Assembly: GCA_963664875.1 (NCBI GenBank)
Contig: OY761611.1
Location: 1,632,001-1,696,000, forward strand
Length of the DNA stretch: 64,000 bases
Source of the DNA: Candidatus Kapaibacterium sp.
GTDB taxonomy: Bacteria > Bacteroidota > Ignavibacteria > Kapaibacteriales > UBA2268
Direction of reading: 5' to 3'
Position 1 is the stretch's first letter, and the number at the start of each line of letters is the position of its first letter. The notes beneath the pieces were generated by a model. It ran no database searches. It saw only the letters and a list, made by a program, of their open reading frames with translations, and was not told where the DNA came from. Shown here piece after piece: positions 37,330 through 47,278 of the stretch. A program made the translations under genes and the position numbers.

Positions 37330-40300
37330 ATGGAAACGATAAAATTATTGATAGTTATGATGATAGTGGCGATGCCGGCTTTTTCTCAATCCGGTATGCC
37401 GTCGATTACAGTTACAGAAGCGGAAAAGGACTTTACTTTGCCGATTAAACGGGCGAAAGTAGATGTGAAAATCGTGGGTTCGCTTGCGATTACGACTTAT
37501 GATATACATTTTTTCAATCCGAATAATCGCACGCTCGAGGGGCAGCTCGACTTCCCTCTTGCCGATGGTGTAATTGTTTCTCGCTTTGCGATGGATGTGA
37601 ACGAGAAGCTACGTGAGGGCGTGATTGTCAAGAAAGATAAGGGTCGGGTTACTTACGAGAAGATTGTCAATCGCCGGGTCGATCCGGGTTTGCTTGAAGT
37701 TACTCGTGGTAATAATTTTCGTTCGCGCGTCTATCCACTTTTTGCCAATAAGGAAAAGCACATAGTTATCGCTTACGAAGAAGAGCTAAAAGTAACTCCG
37801 GATGGGCTTAAATATTCGCTGCCTTTGGATATGCCAAATGAGCTTGATTCTTTCAGTTTCCGCGCAACCGTTTACTCTGACTTTGCTGAGCCAATCAACA
37901 ACAGCTCTGATAATTCGGACTTCCGTAAGGCGGACGGCGCTTATACTTTGATGTCGGAATATACTGACTATGAGGCGAAGGAAATTTATGAGTTTATCAT
38001 TCCGAACTTTGGCGAGCAGAGCCTTCAGCTGGAAACATATAACAATGAAGACTTTTTCCGTATTTCTATAAATCCGGAAATGATGCTTCGACCGAAAGCT
38101 AAACCGCAGACTATCAGCGTGCTTTGGGATATCTCCGCATCTCGCCTAAACTCAGATATTGAAAAAGATTTAGAGCTTTTAGAGGAATATTTAGACTACA
38201 ACCAATGCAACGTTGAGCTTGTTCCTTTTAGCATTTATGCAGACGCTCCGATGTATTTTGAAAAGCCGGATTTTGACGAAATTGAGGCAAATATCAACGG
38301 TCTAAGAATTGACGGCGCGACAAATTACAGCTCGGTTGATATTAGCAAGTTGCGTGGTGAGGAGATATTCATTTTCTCGGACGGGATTAACAATATGGGT
38401 GAGGGCAGTCTCGACGAAACAGAGAAGCCGATGTATGTAATCAACAGCTCCTCAATTTCCGACCACGATGTATGCCGCAATCTCGCCCGCAAGACCGGTG
38501 GCGAGTATATCAATCTTTTAGCCGAACATACTGACCGTGCCATGGATTTGCTCTGCAACGAGTTCCCTTACTTTATGGGAATTGATGGTGCTGCAAGTGA
38601 AGTATATCCGCAGAAGGCAGTTGTGAAAGGCACGATTAATATCGCAGGAAAAGTCAGCGGAACTACTCAGTTAAAGCTCAAATTTGGCTTCAAAAATCAG
38701 GTAACAAAAACCATCCCGATTAACCTCACAGAGAGCAACCGCACAAACTCCGGCATGCTCCATAAAATCTGGGCAAAACAGAAGTTAGAAATGCTAAATT
38801 TAGACCAAACCTCGAACGAGAAAGAAATCACAGACTTGGCTAAAAAATACTCTCTCGTAACTGCTTTTACTTCGCTCATAGTTTTGGAGACTGCGAGAGA
38901 TTATTACATATATAATATAGAACCACCTGCGGAGTTGAGGGAAGAGTATGATACTTTAGTAAACCGATATACTACTTATTACAAACAAAGTAAACTCTCT
39001 TTCAACCAATCACGATATAATCAGGAAAGAATCAAGCAACAAGTTCAAAGTACAGTAAATGAATTAAAAAGATGGTATGATTTCAATTTTGAAGAAAAAA
39101 AATATCTGGATTCATGCTTGACTTTTTTCAGTAACAATATTGAAAAAATGATTGGAGAATTAGGATCAAAGTCAGATTCTGAGCTGTATTATACAATTAA
39201 TTTAAAGAGATTATTTCCCGAATTCAACTTTGAAAAATATAGATTATTGAATTACTATATACTAAATAATGTAGATGAAAGTTGGTCTAATAGGGATTTT
39301 ATACCCCATAATTCTACTTTAATAAATATAAATAAAGATATTAAAATTCATATAAATGATGAGTATTATAATTATAATTTGAGCAAGGTAACAAATATTA
39401 GATCCGGAATGTTTAAAACTGAACCAGTTATGGAGAGTGAAGTACGAGATATAGAATTTATATTTAATATTGGTTTTGAATATTGCGAAGGCTTAAATGA
39501 AGTGTATGCAACACAAGACTATATAGCTCTTCAAAAATCAGAATTAAAAATTAAAATCAGACCTGAAGATACTGATGATTTTTATTACAAGATTTTTATC
39601 TTTAAAGATCTTTCAAATTATATTTCCACTAAAAATTTGGATGAGGTAGATAATTGGAAACATTATGCAGAGTTAGTAAATCAAGTTGTTCAAAAGAAGC
39701 TTGACGATATGAAATCTACACCAAGTAATAGCTTCTATGATGTAATAGATTTAGATAGTTTATTGCCTGAGTACAAAGAATATAATCACCAACATTTTAA
39801 ATATTTAGATGTTTCAAGAGAGCAGATATTTTGGAATTACAGTAATGATAGTTTATATCGTGCTTCTAAAAGTGATAATGAATTTTATATAGATGATGAT
39901 GTACCATTCCATATAGATAGTAATTCTTATATCCTATATAATGAAGATCACTATTCATCCGGATGTTTATCAGATTACTTTTATAATATAGAGCCGATCC
40001 GTGTACATAAAAGCTATATAAAGTCAGACTACTTATATTTAATTACTTCTTGGGATTATTATAAGAACATAGATGACTTGAGAGAGGAATTTCACGGTCA
40101 AGTGAAGAATGTTAATAACAGGGTTGCTATTCCTATTTTTGATGAAACTAAGAAGCTCGATTTCTCTAAGCTACATATCTTTAAAAATATAGCTATTGCA
40201 AAAGATAAGAACAATTATCTCTCAAATATTAAAAAACAATATCATTATGAGAGAAAAGAAACAGCAAAGCGTAATTTGTTTTTCTATGCCGGCTGTCATT

Positions 40301-42138
40301 TCTTGAATGAAAGAAAATCTGGAAAAATGAATATTTATCCAATAAATAAGATTGATTCTGCTGCTAATATTTTATTGAATAAAAAAATTAGAATCTTTTG
40401 GCAAAACCCTAGTAATAGACGCAACAATATCATGGATGTGGATAGAATTACACTTTTCGGCAATTCTAAATCTAAAAGTTTTAGTTATAATGAAATACTA
40501 GATACCAATAGTTATATCTCTAAATTTATAGGTTATGCCTCTTTTAGTGATCAATTCCTATCTTTAAATAAGATGACATCCTTAGATTCTATCAAGATAG
40601 ACTTTAAGTATAAGGTACCAGGTAATCAATTTGAATTTGATGGAAGCAATGTATCCAATTTTGATAAAAAATATTTTGGGAAGTCCGATTCTTATACGAT
40701 TCCTATTTATAATTTAAAATCAGCATATGATAGTGTTTATGTTTTGAATAACCCAATTTTATTTGAAAAACAAGTAGAAACTACATTATCAGATTTCAGT
40801 AAAAGTGAACTGAGAGGGTTTGTTGTTGATGAAGAATACAAACCACTTGCTGGTGCAACTGTTAGAATAATGGGAACAAAGAAAGGAGCAAAAGTAAGGC
40901 CGGATGGATCCTTTATTGTTAGAAATATAATACCAAAAACATATGATATTAGAGTAACTCATATAACAAAAGCAGAACAACTAAAGAAAAATGTTAAGCT
41001 TGACTCGAATAAAATACATCAATTATTTGTATTGATGGAACCTAGAAGTTCAGAAATTAGTAAAGTCTGTGTAATGGCAAATAGAGCAATTTCCGATTTC
41101 AGCATAAGAGCTGCAAGAGGAAATGACACCCAAATCCTTGTCGAAGGAATGGATTATAGCAATCGATTTAATGGTGGAATGGGAATAGGTGGAAGTAAGT
41201 ATTTTCCGGATTCCGAAGAACCATCTGCAAATGCATTTGTTACTTCTGCAGAGTACCAATCCTCAAAAGAATACTATAAAACTCTAAGTTCAGTTGCACT
41301 GGGCGAACTTGAAGATACTTATTTCGAGCTTCGAGAAGATAATCAGATGAATCCTTCATTCTTCTTCGATGCGGCAAAAGTATTTGAGAAGAACGGGAAA
41401 ATCAAAGAGGCGTGCCGAGTCATTTCTAATCTGGCAGAAATCAATCTCGAGGACCATGAGAATTTGAGACGCGTTGCCGGCTTTATGATGGAACATAAGG
41501 AATATACATTTGCGAAAAGCATTTATCAGCATATCCTTAAAATTAGAAATGAGGAGCCACAAAGCTTCCGCGACTATGCTCTCTGCCTCTCTAAGTTGGG
41601 AGAATATCAGGCAGCAGCCGATTCGCTTTATAACTTATTTACAAGTGATATAGCATGGGAATTTTCGGGGATAAGAAGCACTCTAATTACTGAATTTAAC
41701 ACACTTTTGGACGAGCACAAAGACGAAATAGACATTTCCAAGTACGAACCGGAATACATCTTCAAAACACCGGTTGACATGAGAATAGAAATTACTTGGG
41801 CAATGGATGAGACAGACGTCGATTTATGGGTGATTGAACCGGATAGCACAAAATGCTATTACAGCCACAGATATACCAAAAACGGCGGTTTTATATCTGA
41901 AGATATGCGACGAGGCTACGGCCCTGAAGTATATATGATCAAAAAAGCTACGCCCGGCAAATACAAAATCCGAGCAAATTATTACTCAAACCGAAGACAG
42001 AAATCAAGTATTGATCCGCAAGTCCGCTGTAAAATATATACAAACTACGGCAGACCTAATCAGCAAATGCAGGAAAATATTGTGAAAATCGAAGTTGATA
42101 GAGGTGAGATAGACTTGGGCGAAGTGGTGATTGAGTAA
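37330..42138 (+). CDS. VIT-domain protein with vWA-like region, long variable insert, carboxypeptidase-regulatory-like domain, TPR and DUF2135-like C-terminus
   Basis: VIT: FFNPNNRTLEG..FPL..RFAMDVN..DPGLLE. WDISAS. LVTAFTSLIVLE. LRGFVVDE..PLAGATV. RNEEPQSFRD. TWxxDETDVDLWVIEP..GYGPEVY. Confidence 0.8.
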   Translation: METIKLLIVMMIVAMPAFSQSGMPSITVTEAEKDFTLPIKRAKVDVKIVGSLAITTYDIHFFNPNNRTLEGQLDFPLADGVIVSRFAMDVNEKLREGVIVKKDKGRVTYEKIVNRRVDPGLLEVTRGNNFRSRVYPLFANKEKHIVIAYEEELKVTPDGLKYSLPLDMPNELDSFSFRATVYSDFAEPINNSSDNSDFRKADGAYTLMSEYTDYEAKEIYEFIIPNFGEQSLQLETYNNEDFFRISINPEMMLRPKAKPQTISVLWDISASRLNSDIEKDLELLEEYLDYNQCNVELVPFSIYADAPMYFEKPDFDEIEANINGLRIDGATNYSSVDISKLRGEEIFIFSDGINNMGEGSLDETEKPMYVINSSSISDHDVCRNLARKTGGEYINLLAEHTDRAMDLLCNEFPYFMGIDGAASEVYPQKAVVKGTINIAGKVSGTTQLKLKFGFKNQVTKTIPINLTESNRTNSGMLHKIWAKQKLEMLNLDQTSNEKEITDLAKKYSLVTAFTSLIVLETARDYYIYNIEPPAELREEYDTLVNRYTTYYKQSKLSFNQSRYNQERIKQQVQSTVNELKRWYDFNFEEKKYLDSCLTFFSNNIEKMIGELGSKSDSELYYTINLKRLFPEFNFEKYRLLNYYILNNVDESWSNRDFIPHNSTLININKDIKIHINDEYYNYNLSKVTNIRSGMFKTEPVMESEVRDIEFIFNIGFEYCEGLNEVYATQDYIALQKSELKIKIRPEDTDDFYYKIFIFKDLSNYISTKNLDEVDNWKHYAELVNQVVQKKLDDMKSTPSNSFYDVIDLDSLLPEYKEYNHQHFKYLDVSREQIFWNYSNDSLYRASKSDNEFYIDDDVPFHIDSNSYILYNEDHYSSGCLSDYFYNIEPIRVHKSYIKSDYLYLITSWDYYKNIDDLREEFHGQVKNVNNRVAIPIFDETKKLDFSKLHIFKNIAIAKDKNNYLSNIKKQYHYERKETAKRNLFFYAGCHFLNERKSGKMNIYPINKIDSAANILLNKKIRIFWQNPSNRRNNIMDVDRITLFGNSKSKSFSYNEILDTNSYISKFIGYASFSDQFLSLNKMTSLDSIKIDFKYKVPGNQFEFDGSNVSNFDKKYFGKSDSYTIPIYNLKSAYDSVYVLNNPILFEKQVETTLSDFSKSELRGFVVDEEYKPLAGATVRIMGTKKGAKVRPDGSFIVRNIIPKTYDIRVTHITKAEQLKKNVKLDSNKIHQLFVLMEPRSSEISKVCVMANRAISDFSIRAARGNDTQILVEGMDYSNRFNGGMGIGGSKYFPDSEEPSANAFVTSAEYQSSKEYYKTLSSVALGELEDTYFELREDNQMNPSFFFDAAKVFEKNGKIKEACRVISNLAEINLEDHENLRRVAGFMMEHKEYTFAKSIYQHILKIRNEEPQSFRDYALCLSKLGEYQAAADSLYNLFTSDIAWEFSGIRSTLITEFNTLLDEHKDEIDISKYEPEYIFKTPVDMRIEITWAMDETDVDLWVIEPDSTKCYYSHRYTKNGGFISEDMRRGYGPEVYMIKKATPGKYKIRANYYSNRRQKSSIDPQVRCKIYTNYGRPNQQMQENIVKIEVDRGEIDLGEVVIE

Positions 42139-42156
42139 GCAAAGAAAACATCTCTT

Positions 42157-42198
42157 ATCAAAAACGTTCTATATACAGAACGTTTTTGATATTTTTTT
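42157..42198. terminator. Bidirectional terminator
   Basis: ATCAAAAACGTTCT-atatac-AGAACGTTTTTGAT between convergent genes. Confidence 0.75.
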
Positions 42199-42218
42199 GC
42201 ACTATATATAAAACGATT

Positions 42219-42992
42219 TTACAACGAAAAGCCTATTTGAAAATATGGAAATGGATATACTTCTCGTTCATGGTCAAATTTGAAAGCTCCAATTTCGAAA
42301 AAAAAATAGTGCCAGCGAATATTCGACGATAAAATATAATATTGGTTACTTTCCATAGCAACCCATATAGTTCCAATTCCAGGTCCCAGAGCCCATTTGA
42401 AGTTCTGTTTATAAATCATGTAATAGTTCAAATGCAACTGTGCTGAGAAAAATCCTAAACTTCCCCTCAACTGAAACTTATAAAAATCAACCCCTGCAAA
42501 TAAATTTGTTAGGCATGGCCATCCGAGAGAAGCTCCTCCGAATATGTATTCGGGTTTATTAAATGAAGGCTTACCAAACGGAAAAAGGAAGCTTGAATTA
42601 TGACGTTTAGCAAATTTTTTTGATGGTAAAGTTATTATAGGACTTAACAAATCAGGTAAAATTTCTCTTGAAATAATATCAGACTTTTTGAGTGTAATAG
42701 GCTCTTCTCCTTCCTCTTTTAGTTGGAGAGTAGTATCATTCTCTTCAACAACTATTCCTGTAAACTCATCCCCATTTTGCATCTCGATTTCTAGATATAG
42801 ATCTATTCTTTCTGATATTTCTGACTTATGGAGCTTAAAAGTACCATCCACAGTACTAAGCGCACAGGTAGAATCAGTTTCTTCAACAACAATTCCTTCT
42901 AAAGTAGTTCCGTTTTTCATTTTGAAAAGTTGTTCTGAATTAAGCGAGACAGAAATAAATAGAAGCAAAAGAAAAACAAATAAAGATTTCAT
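42219..42992 (-). CDS. Hypothetical exported protein: duplicated N-terminal small beta-domain and OMP-like C-terminus
   Basis: Likely start MKSLFV at 42992. Repeats MKNGTTLEGIVVEE..KSEI / MQNGDEFTGIVVEE..KSDI. Ends YFQIGFSL. Confidence 0.65.
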   Translation of the reverse strand: MKSLFVFLLLLFISVSLNSEQLFKMKNGTTLEGIVVEETDSTCALSTVDGTFKLHKSEISERIDLYLEIEMQNGDEFTGIVVEENDTTLQLKEEGEEPITLKKSDIISREILPDLLSPIITLPSKKFAKRHNSSFLFPFGKPSFNKPEYIFGGASLGWPCLTNLFAGVDFYKFQLRGSLGFFSAQLHLNYYMIYKQNFKWALGPGIGTIWVAMESNQYYILSSNIRWHYFFFEIGAFKFDHEREVYPFPYFQIGFSL

Positions 42993-43320
42993 ATAGCATA
43001 TTTGTATTACTATTTTAAAGAAACAATATATCATATTTTATTTAATTTAACAATGCAAATATTTTACTTTCACTTTATTATTTATATGATGAGGGATTAT
43101 GTTTACTGAAGTAATATTAGCCGGATAAGTCTTCCGCAGGCAGGAATAAATACTTTCTACAGTAAGAATTAAAAGATAAAAGACATATTTGAAACATTGC
43201 TACAAAGAAACGCCCGGGGCATCACCGTCTCTATTTACGGGATTGGGACTAAGGGGACTGCAGGATTATTACAATAAGTGGATTATATGCCATACATTTT
43301 TATTTATCTTATATTTTTTG

Positions 43321-43449
43321 TCAATAAGTGGCTAAGTAACTTTCTCTTTTGTAGTCAAACTTAAAATCACCAATTTCAAAAAAGACAACTCCTGATATAG
43401 CATCTCGGCTAAAATCCGGAATACACTTGTTGAAACATTTTCCTGTCAT
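43321..43449 (-). pseudogene. Remnant resembling the 3' end of the 42219..42992 gene
   Basis: Translates to ..FFEIGDFKFDYKRESY, versus FFEIGAFKFDHEREVY in the neighbour. Confidence 0.5.
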
Positions 43450-43587
43450 AAATATATTTTAACCACTATTTTCGCATTTTATGAATATTTATTTTGTACC
43501 ATTCCTAAAATTCAGTATTTATACTTAAAAACAGTCTCCTTGTATTTTCGTATTATTGTATAAGAAATAGTTGTAACTATTATAAAG

Positions 43588-43773
43588 GTGAGTGCTATGG
43601 AAACTATATCAACTAATAAAACTAAAGAAGCCAAATCTAAAACGGCTTTTAGTTTTAGTCTTGCAGCACTTACCTCTACCGGTAAAAAAGATAAAAAAGC
43701 ATACTGCGCTGCAGATGAGACTTTGAACTATTATAAAATCAGGAAAAGAATAAGAGAGTCCGGCTTAATATAG
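43588..43773 (+). CDS. Possible small basic hypothetical protein
   Basis: 58-61 aa ORF in an otherwise empty AT-rich gap. Overlaps the convergent gene by 9 bp. No motif recognised. Confidence 0.35.
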   Translation: MSAMETISTNKTKEAKSKTAFSFSLAALTSTGKKDKKAYCAADETLNYYKIRKRIRESGLI

Positions 43774-44574
43774 CTTATGATATAACTTTAGAGCATCCAT
43801 GACCATCTGTTTTCTTGATTCTATAAAGAGGCTATTTACTTGATCGTAGCTAATATTTAAAGCGAAATAATAAGTATTGCCACTAAATTCCTGCCATCCA
43901 ACAAACCACCCAACTTTTTGCTTAAGAGAGAGACCTGTTTTATAGAATAATTTTCCAAATGAGGTATCCTGAAGCATAATCTCTTTTGTATTGTGCATTG
44001 CAGAGATACTGAATGGCAGGGAGTCATTATTTAAAGAGCGTAAAAATTCAATCTGATTAAACGCGCTAATCTGTAAGGAAGTATCTAACCAATAGCGTTC
44101 AATATTCTCCCCTATTTTCATATTTCCATATTTACAAAGAGAAAGATATTTCTGAGCAATCTCCCGCCCCATTTTGGTCGCCAATTTTTGATAGTACCAA
44201 ACTACAGAGTTTTTAAATGCAGTATTTATTGTATGATTGCTATTCCAAGAAGGAATATCTCGTTGCACGCCATCCCACTCTATCAAATAGGAACTATCTT
44301 TGGCAGTATTAGTTTCAAAAGCTAAAAGCGTATTAAATATTTTAAAAGTCGATGCAGGCGAATACCTTTTCGCGGCTCGGGTCGAATCATATACAAATAA
44401 CTCATTATCCTTTTCGTTATAAATTACTAAGCACCCCGGATAATTGGCTTGGAACAAACTGTCTATGGCGATGTCCAATTGAGAAGTATTTTTGTTTGCT
44501 AATAAGCAATTGCTTAAATTTACAATAGCGAACAATATTATACATATATTCGCAATTATTTTTATATATCTCAT
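43765..44574 (-). CDS. blaOXA: Class D (OXA-type) beta-lactamase / penicillin-binding transpeptidase domain protein
   Basis: PASTFK, SVVW, YGN, W-L and KTG motifs in canonical order, then GWFVG. Signal-like N-terminus. Confidence 0.85.
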   Translation of the reverse strand: MRYIKIIANICIILFAIVNLSNCLLANKNTSQLDIAIDSLFQANYPGCLVIYNEKDNELFVYDSTRAAKRYSPASTFKIFNTLLAFETNTAKDSSYLIEWDGVQRDIPSWNSNHTINTAFKNSVVWYYQKLATKMGREIAQKYLSLCKYGNMKIGENIERYWLDTSLQISAFNQIEFLRSLNNDSLPFSISAMHNTKEIMLQDTSFGKLFYKTGLSLKQKVGWFVGWQEFSGNTYYFALNISYDQVNSLFIESRKQMVMDALKLYHKLY

Positions 44575-44721
44575 TTTGTTTACCTACAAATATTCTAAAA
44601 ATCAAAGATAACAATTTATATACTAATTTCTGTTTGTTTCGTTTATCCTTTGATTATACAAAAAATGTTCGTAACTTTATTAAGCGTGCTTCATTGATAA
44701 AATATAGGGGTTGAAATATAA

Positions 44722-45771
44722 ATGAAAAAGATAAAAGCAAATCCGTTAATCAGTGATGATTCAGTTCAGGCTATTTTTGGAATAGCCAAAGCATATCAGC
44801 AAAGCAAGGTATTGCTCACAGCTCTTGAGCTGGACTTATTCACTGCCTTAGCTGATACTGAAAAGACCTGCGAAGAGCTTGCCTCCGATATAGATGCAAA
44901 ACCTGAAGCACTCGAAAAGTTACTCAATGCTCTTTGTGCTCTCAATCTGATGGAAAAAAATATTAGCACTTACCAAAATACAAAAGGTACAGCCCGATTT
45001 TTGGTAAGAGGAAAAGACGAATACCTTGGATCACTCAATCACATAGCAAATCTATGGGATACTTGGGGCAACCTCACAGAAGTGGTTAAAACAGGTAAGT
45101 CTGCAAAATTCAAATCTCTTGACGAAAAAGATGCTGATTGGATAAAAGATTATGTCGATTCTCTACACTCTCAATCCGGCATCAAAGCACCGGATGTCAT
45201 TTCACTTATTGATTTGAAGGGTGTAAAACGAGTACTTGATATCGGATGTGGCTCTGCAATTTATTCTGTAGCTTTTGTAAAAGCAAAACCCGATGTAAAA
45301 GCTGTTGCATTCGATCATCCGAATATTATCAGAGAAACACAAAAATATATTGAATATGAGAATTTGAATTCCCGCATTGAAGCTATCGGCGGAGACGTGC
45401 TAAGCGATGATTTCGGTGAAGGTTTTGATTTAGTTTTTATTTCAGATATGATTAGCCAATACTCTCTTTTTGAAAATATTGATATTTTCAGAAGAGCACA
45501 TGCAGCCCTAAATCCAAGCGGCAGACTGATTGTTCAGGATTATATCATCAATGACGATAAATTAGGACCATTCAAAGCAGTAATGGAAAATATAAATATG
45601 CTCGTAAATACTCCTAAGGGTAGCATTTTTACCGCGACTGACTTATGGATAATGATGAAAGAAGCCGGATTCCCTGATGTAAAACGTATTGATACCCCAT
45701 TTGCAACTGATTTGATGGTTGCCACTAAAGACGACGGTGATATTTTGAAACAGTTCTACGGTTACGAATAA
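44722..45771 (+). CDS. SAM-dependent O-methyltransferase (dimerisation domain plus Methyltransf_2; ASMT/BchU-like)
   Basis: ALELDLF winged helix, VLDIGCGSA SAM motif, ALNPSGRL. Confidence 0.85.
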   Translation: MKKIKANPLISDDSVQAIFGIAKAYQQSKVLLTALELDLFTALADTEKTCEELASDIDAKPEALEKLLNALCALNLMEKNISTYQNTKGTARFLVRGKDEYLGSLNHIANLWDTWGNLTEVVKTGKSAKFKSLDEKDADWIKDYVDSLHSQSGIKAPDVISLIDLKGVKRVLDIGCGSAIYSVAFVKAKPDVKAVAFDHPNIIRETQKYIEYENLNSRIEAIGGDVLSDDFGEGFDLVFISDMISQYSLFENIDIFRRAHAALNPSGRLIVQDYIINDDKLGPFKAVMENINMLVNTPKGSIFTATDLWIMMKEAGFPDVKRIDTPFATDLMVATKDDGDILKQFYGYE

Positions 45772-45820
45772 TATCGCAAATCTATCAAGCGAAAATCTTT
45801 CTAAATACATATTTTTTTTG

Positions 45821-45855
45821 AGGAGCAGCCAGCTAAAACAAAGGCTGCTCCTTTT
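45821..45855 (+). terminator. Rho-independent terminator
   Basis: AGGAGCAGCC..GGCTGCTCCTTTT. Confidence 0.7.
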
Positions 45856-46014
45856 ATATTATACAGCCAGATGATACATGATAATATTTCATATTCATAA
45901 GAGTAGCTATAGTTTGACTTGGATGGGATAAATATTTTGAGAATAGCTATAACTAAAAAACGCCAAAACTGCTTTTTTACAATTTTGGCGTCAAAAAAAT
46001 CTATGTAAAATAAA

Positions 46015-47115
46015 TTATTTTACAAATGGCATTTTTACTATTTCAGCAGGGAACATTTTACCGCGTGCTTCGATTTCAATTTTTGTGCCTTCTGATTTTT
46101 TGTCCCAAGGAACATAACCCAAACCAATTGGTTTACCCAAAGTTGGAGAAAGGTTACCACTTGTAACAAATCCGGCTTCAACACCATCAATAAATATTTT
46201 GTAGTGCGAACGAGGGATAAATCTCTCAGCATCAGAGATAAAGCCTACTAATCTGCGTGACGGATTTTCTGCTTTCACTTTATTCAACACATCAGAGCCA
46301 TTGAACTCACCTTTAGCTAATTTTGTAATCCAGCCAAGCCCCGCTTCCAATGGGTTAGTTTCTTCAGTGATATCATTTCCGTAAAGCATATAAGCTTTTT
46401 CCATTCTCAAAGTATCACGGCAGCCAAGACCTGTTGGCTCGATACCAAATTCTTTACCTGCTTCGAACACAGACTCCCAAACTTTGCGGGCAGTTTCTTC
46501 ATCGCCACGAAAATACAATTCATAGCCCAATTCGCCTGTGTAACCTGTACGAGAAATGCACATTTCCACTCCTGCAAGTTCACCGAATTTATAATGATAA
46601 AACGGCAATACTTCTTCAGAAATATCTTCTTTTGTCAATTTCTGTAATGTTTCTCTGGATTTAGGTCCCTGAACAGCTAAAAGATTATAATCATCAGTTG
46701 CATCAGTAAGCTTTACATCCATACCTTCAGCATTTTTAACGCACCAGTTCCAGTCTTTTTCTATATTTGCACCGTTTACAACAAGCATATAAGTAGTGCC
46801 CGGCTCGATACAATAAACAAGCAAATCATCTACGATTCCGCCATGTTCCAAGCACATAGCACTATATTGCACCTGACCTTTAACTAATTTAGAGGCATCG
46901 TTTACAGTAATTTTCTGAACGAAATTGAGAGCATCGCTGCCTACTACTTCAAATTCACCCATGTGAGAAACATCAAACACACCAACTGCTGTGCGAACAA
47001 CATTGTGCTCTGCGATGATTCCTTTAGGATATTGTATAGGCATTTCGTAGCCTGCAAAGCTAACCATTTTAGCTCCAAGCTCGTTATGGATAGCATGAAA
47101 TCTTGTAGTTTTCAT
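46015..47115 (-). CDS. gcvT: Glycine cleavage system aminomethyltransferase T
   Basis: FAGYEMPIQY, FDVSHMGE, RTGYTGELGYE and GLGCRDTLRME motifs. Confidence 0.95.
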   Translation of the reverse strand: MKTTRFHAIHNELGAKMVSFAGYEMPIQYPKGIIAEHNVVRTAVGVFDVSHMGEFEVVGSDALNFVQKITVNDASKLVKGQVQYSAMCLEHGGIVDDLLVYCIEPGTTYMLVVNGANIEKDWNWCVKNAEGMDVKLTDATDDYNLLAVQGPKSRETLQKLTKEDISEEVLPFYHYKFGELAGVEMCISRTGYTGELGYELYFRGDEETARKVWESVFEAGKEFGIEPTGLGCRDTLRMEKAYMLYGNDITEETNPLEAGLGWITKLAKGEFNGSDVLNKVKAENPSRRLVGFISDAERFIPRSHYKIFIDGVEAGFVTSGNLSPTLGKPIGLGYVPWDKKSEGTKIEIEARGKMFPAEIVKMPFVK

Positions 47116-47278
47116 AGTCTATGCTTCCGAAAGATTGATAAGTCAGTTATCTATTTAAATAAGGTCTTGCAAAATAATCATTTAAAGAGGATTTTCCAAA
47201 AGTGTGCAAAAAGAAAAAGCAACATCTCCTATTGTCAAGATGTTGCCTCTCTTTAGCAAATGTCTATGTAACTATAAA

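Noticed and set aside
43100-43270. Cobalamin, TPP or fluoride riboswitch in the GC-rich patch
   Set aside because: Core consensus elements could not be assembled on either strand.
47116-47278. Glycine riboswitch upstream of gcvT
   Set aside because: No recognisable aptamer. Only the upstream gene's terminator and a promoter-like motif are present.
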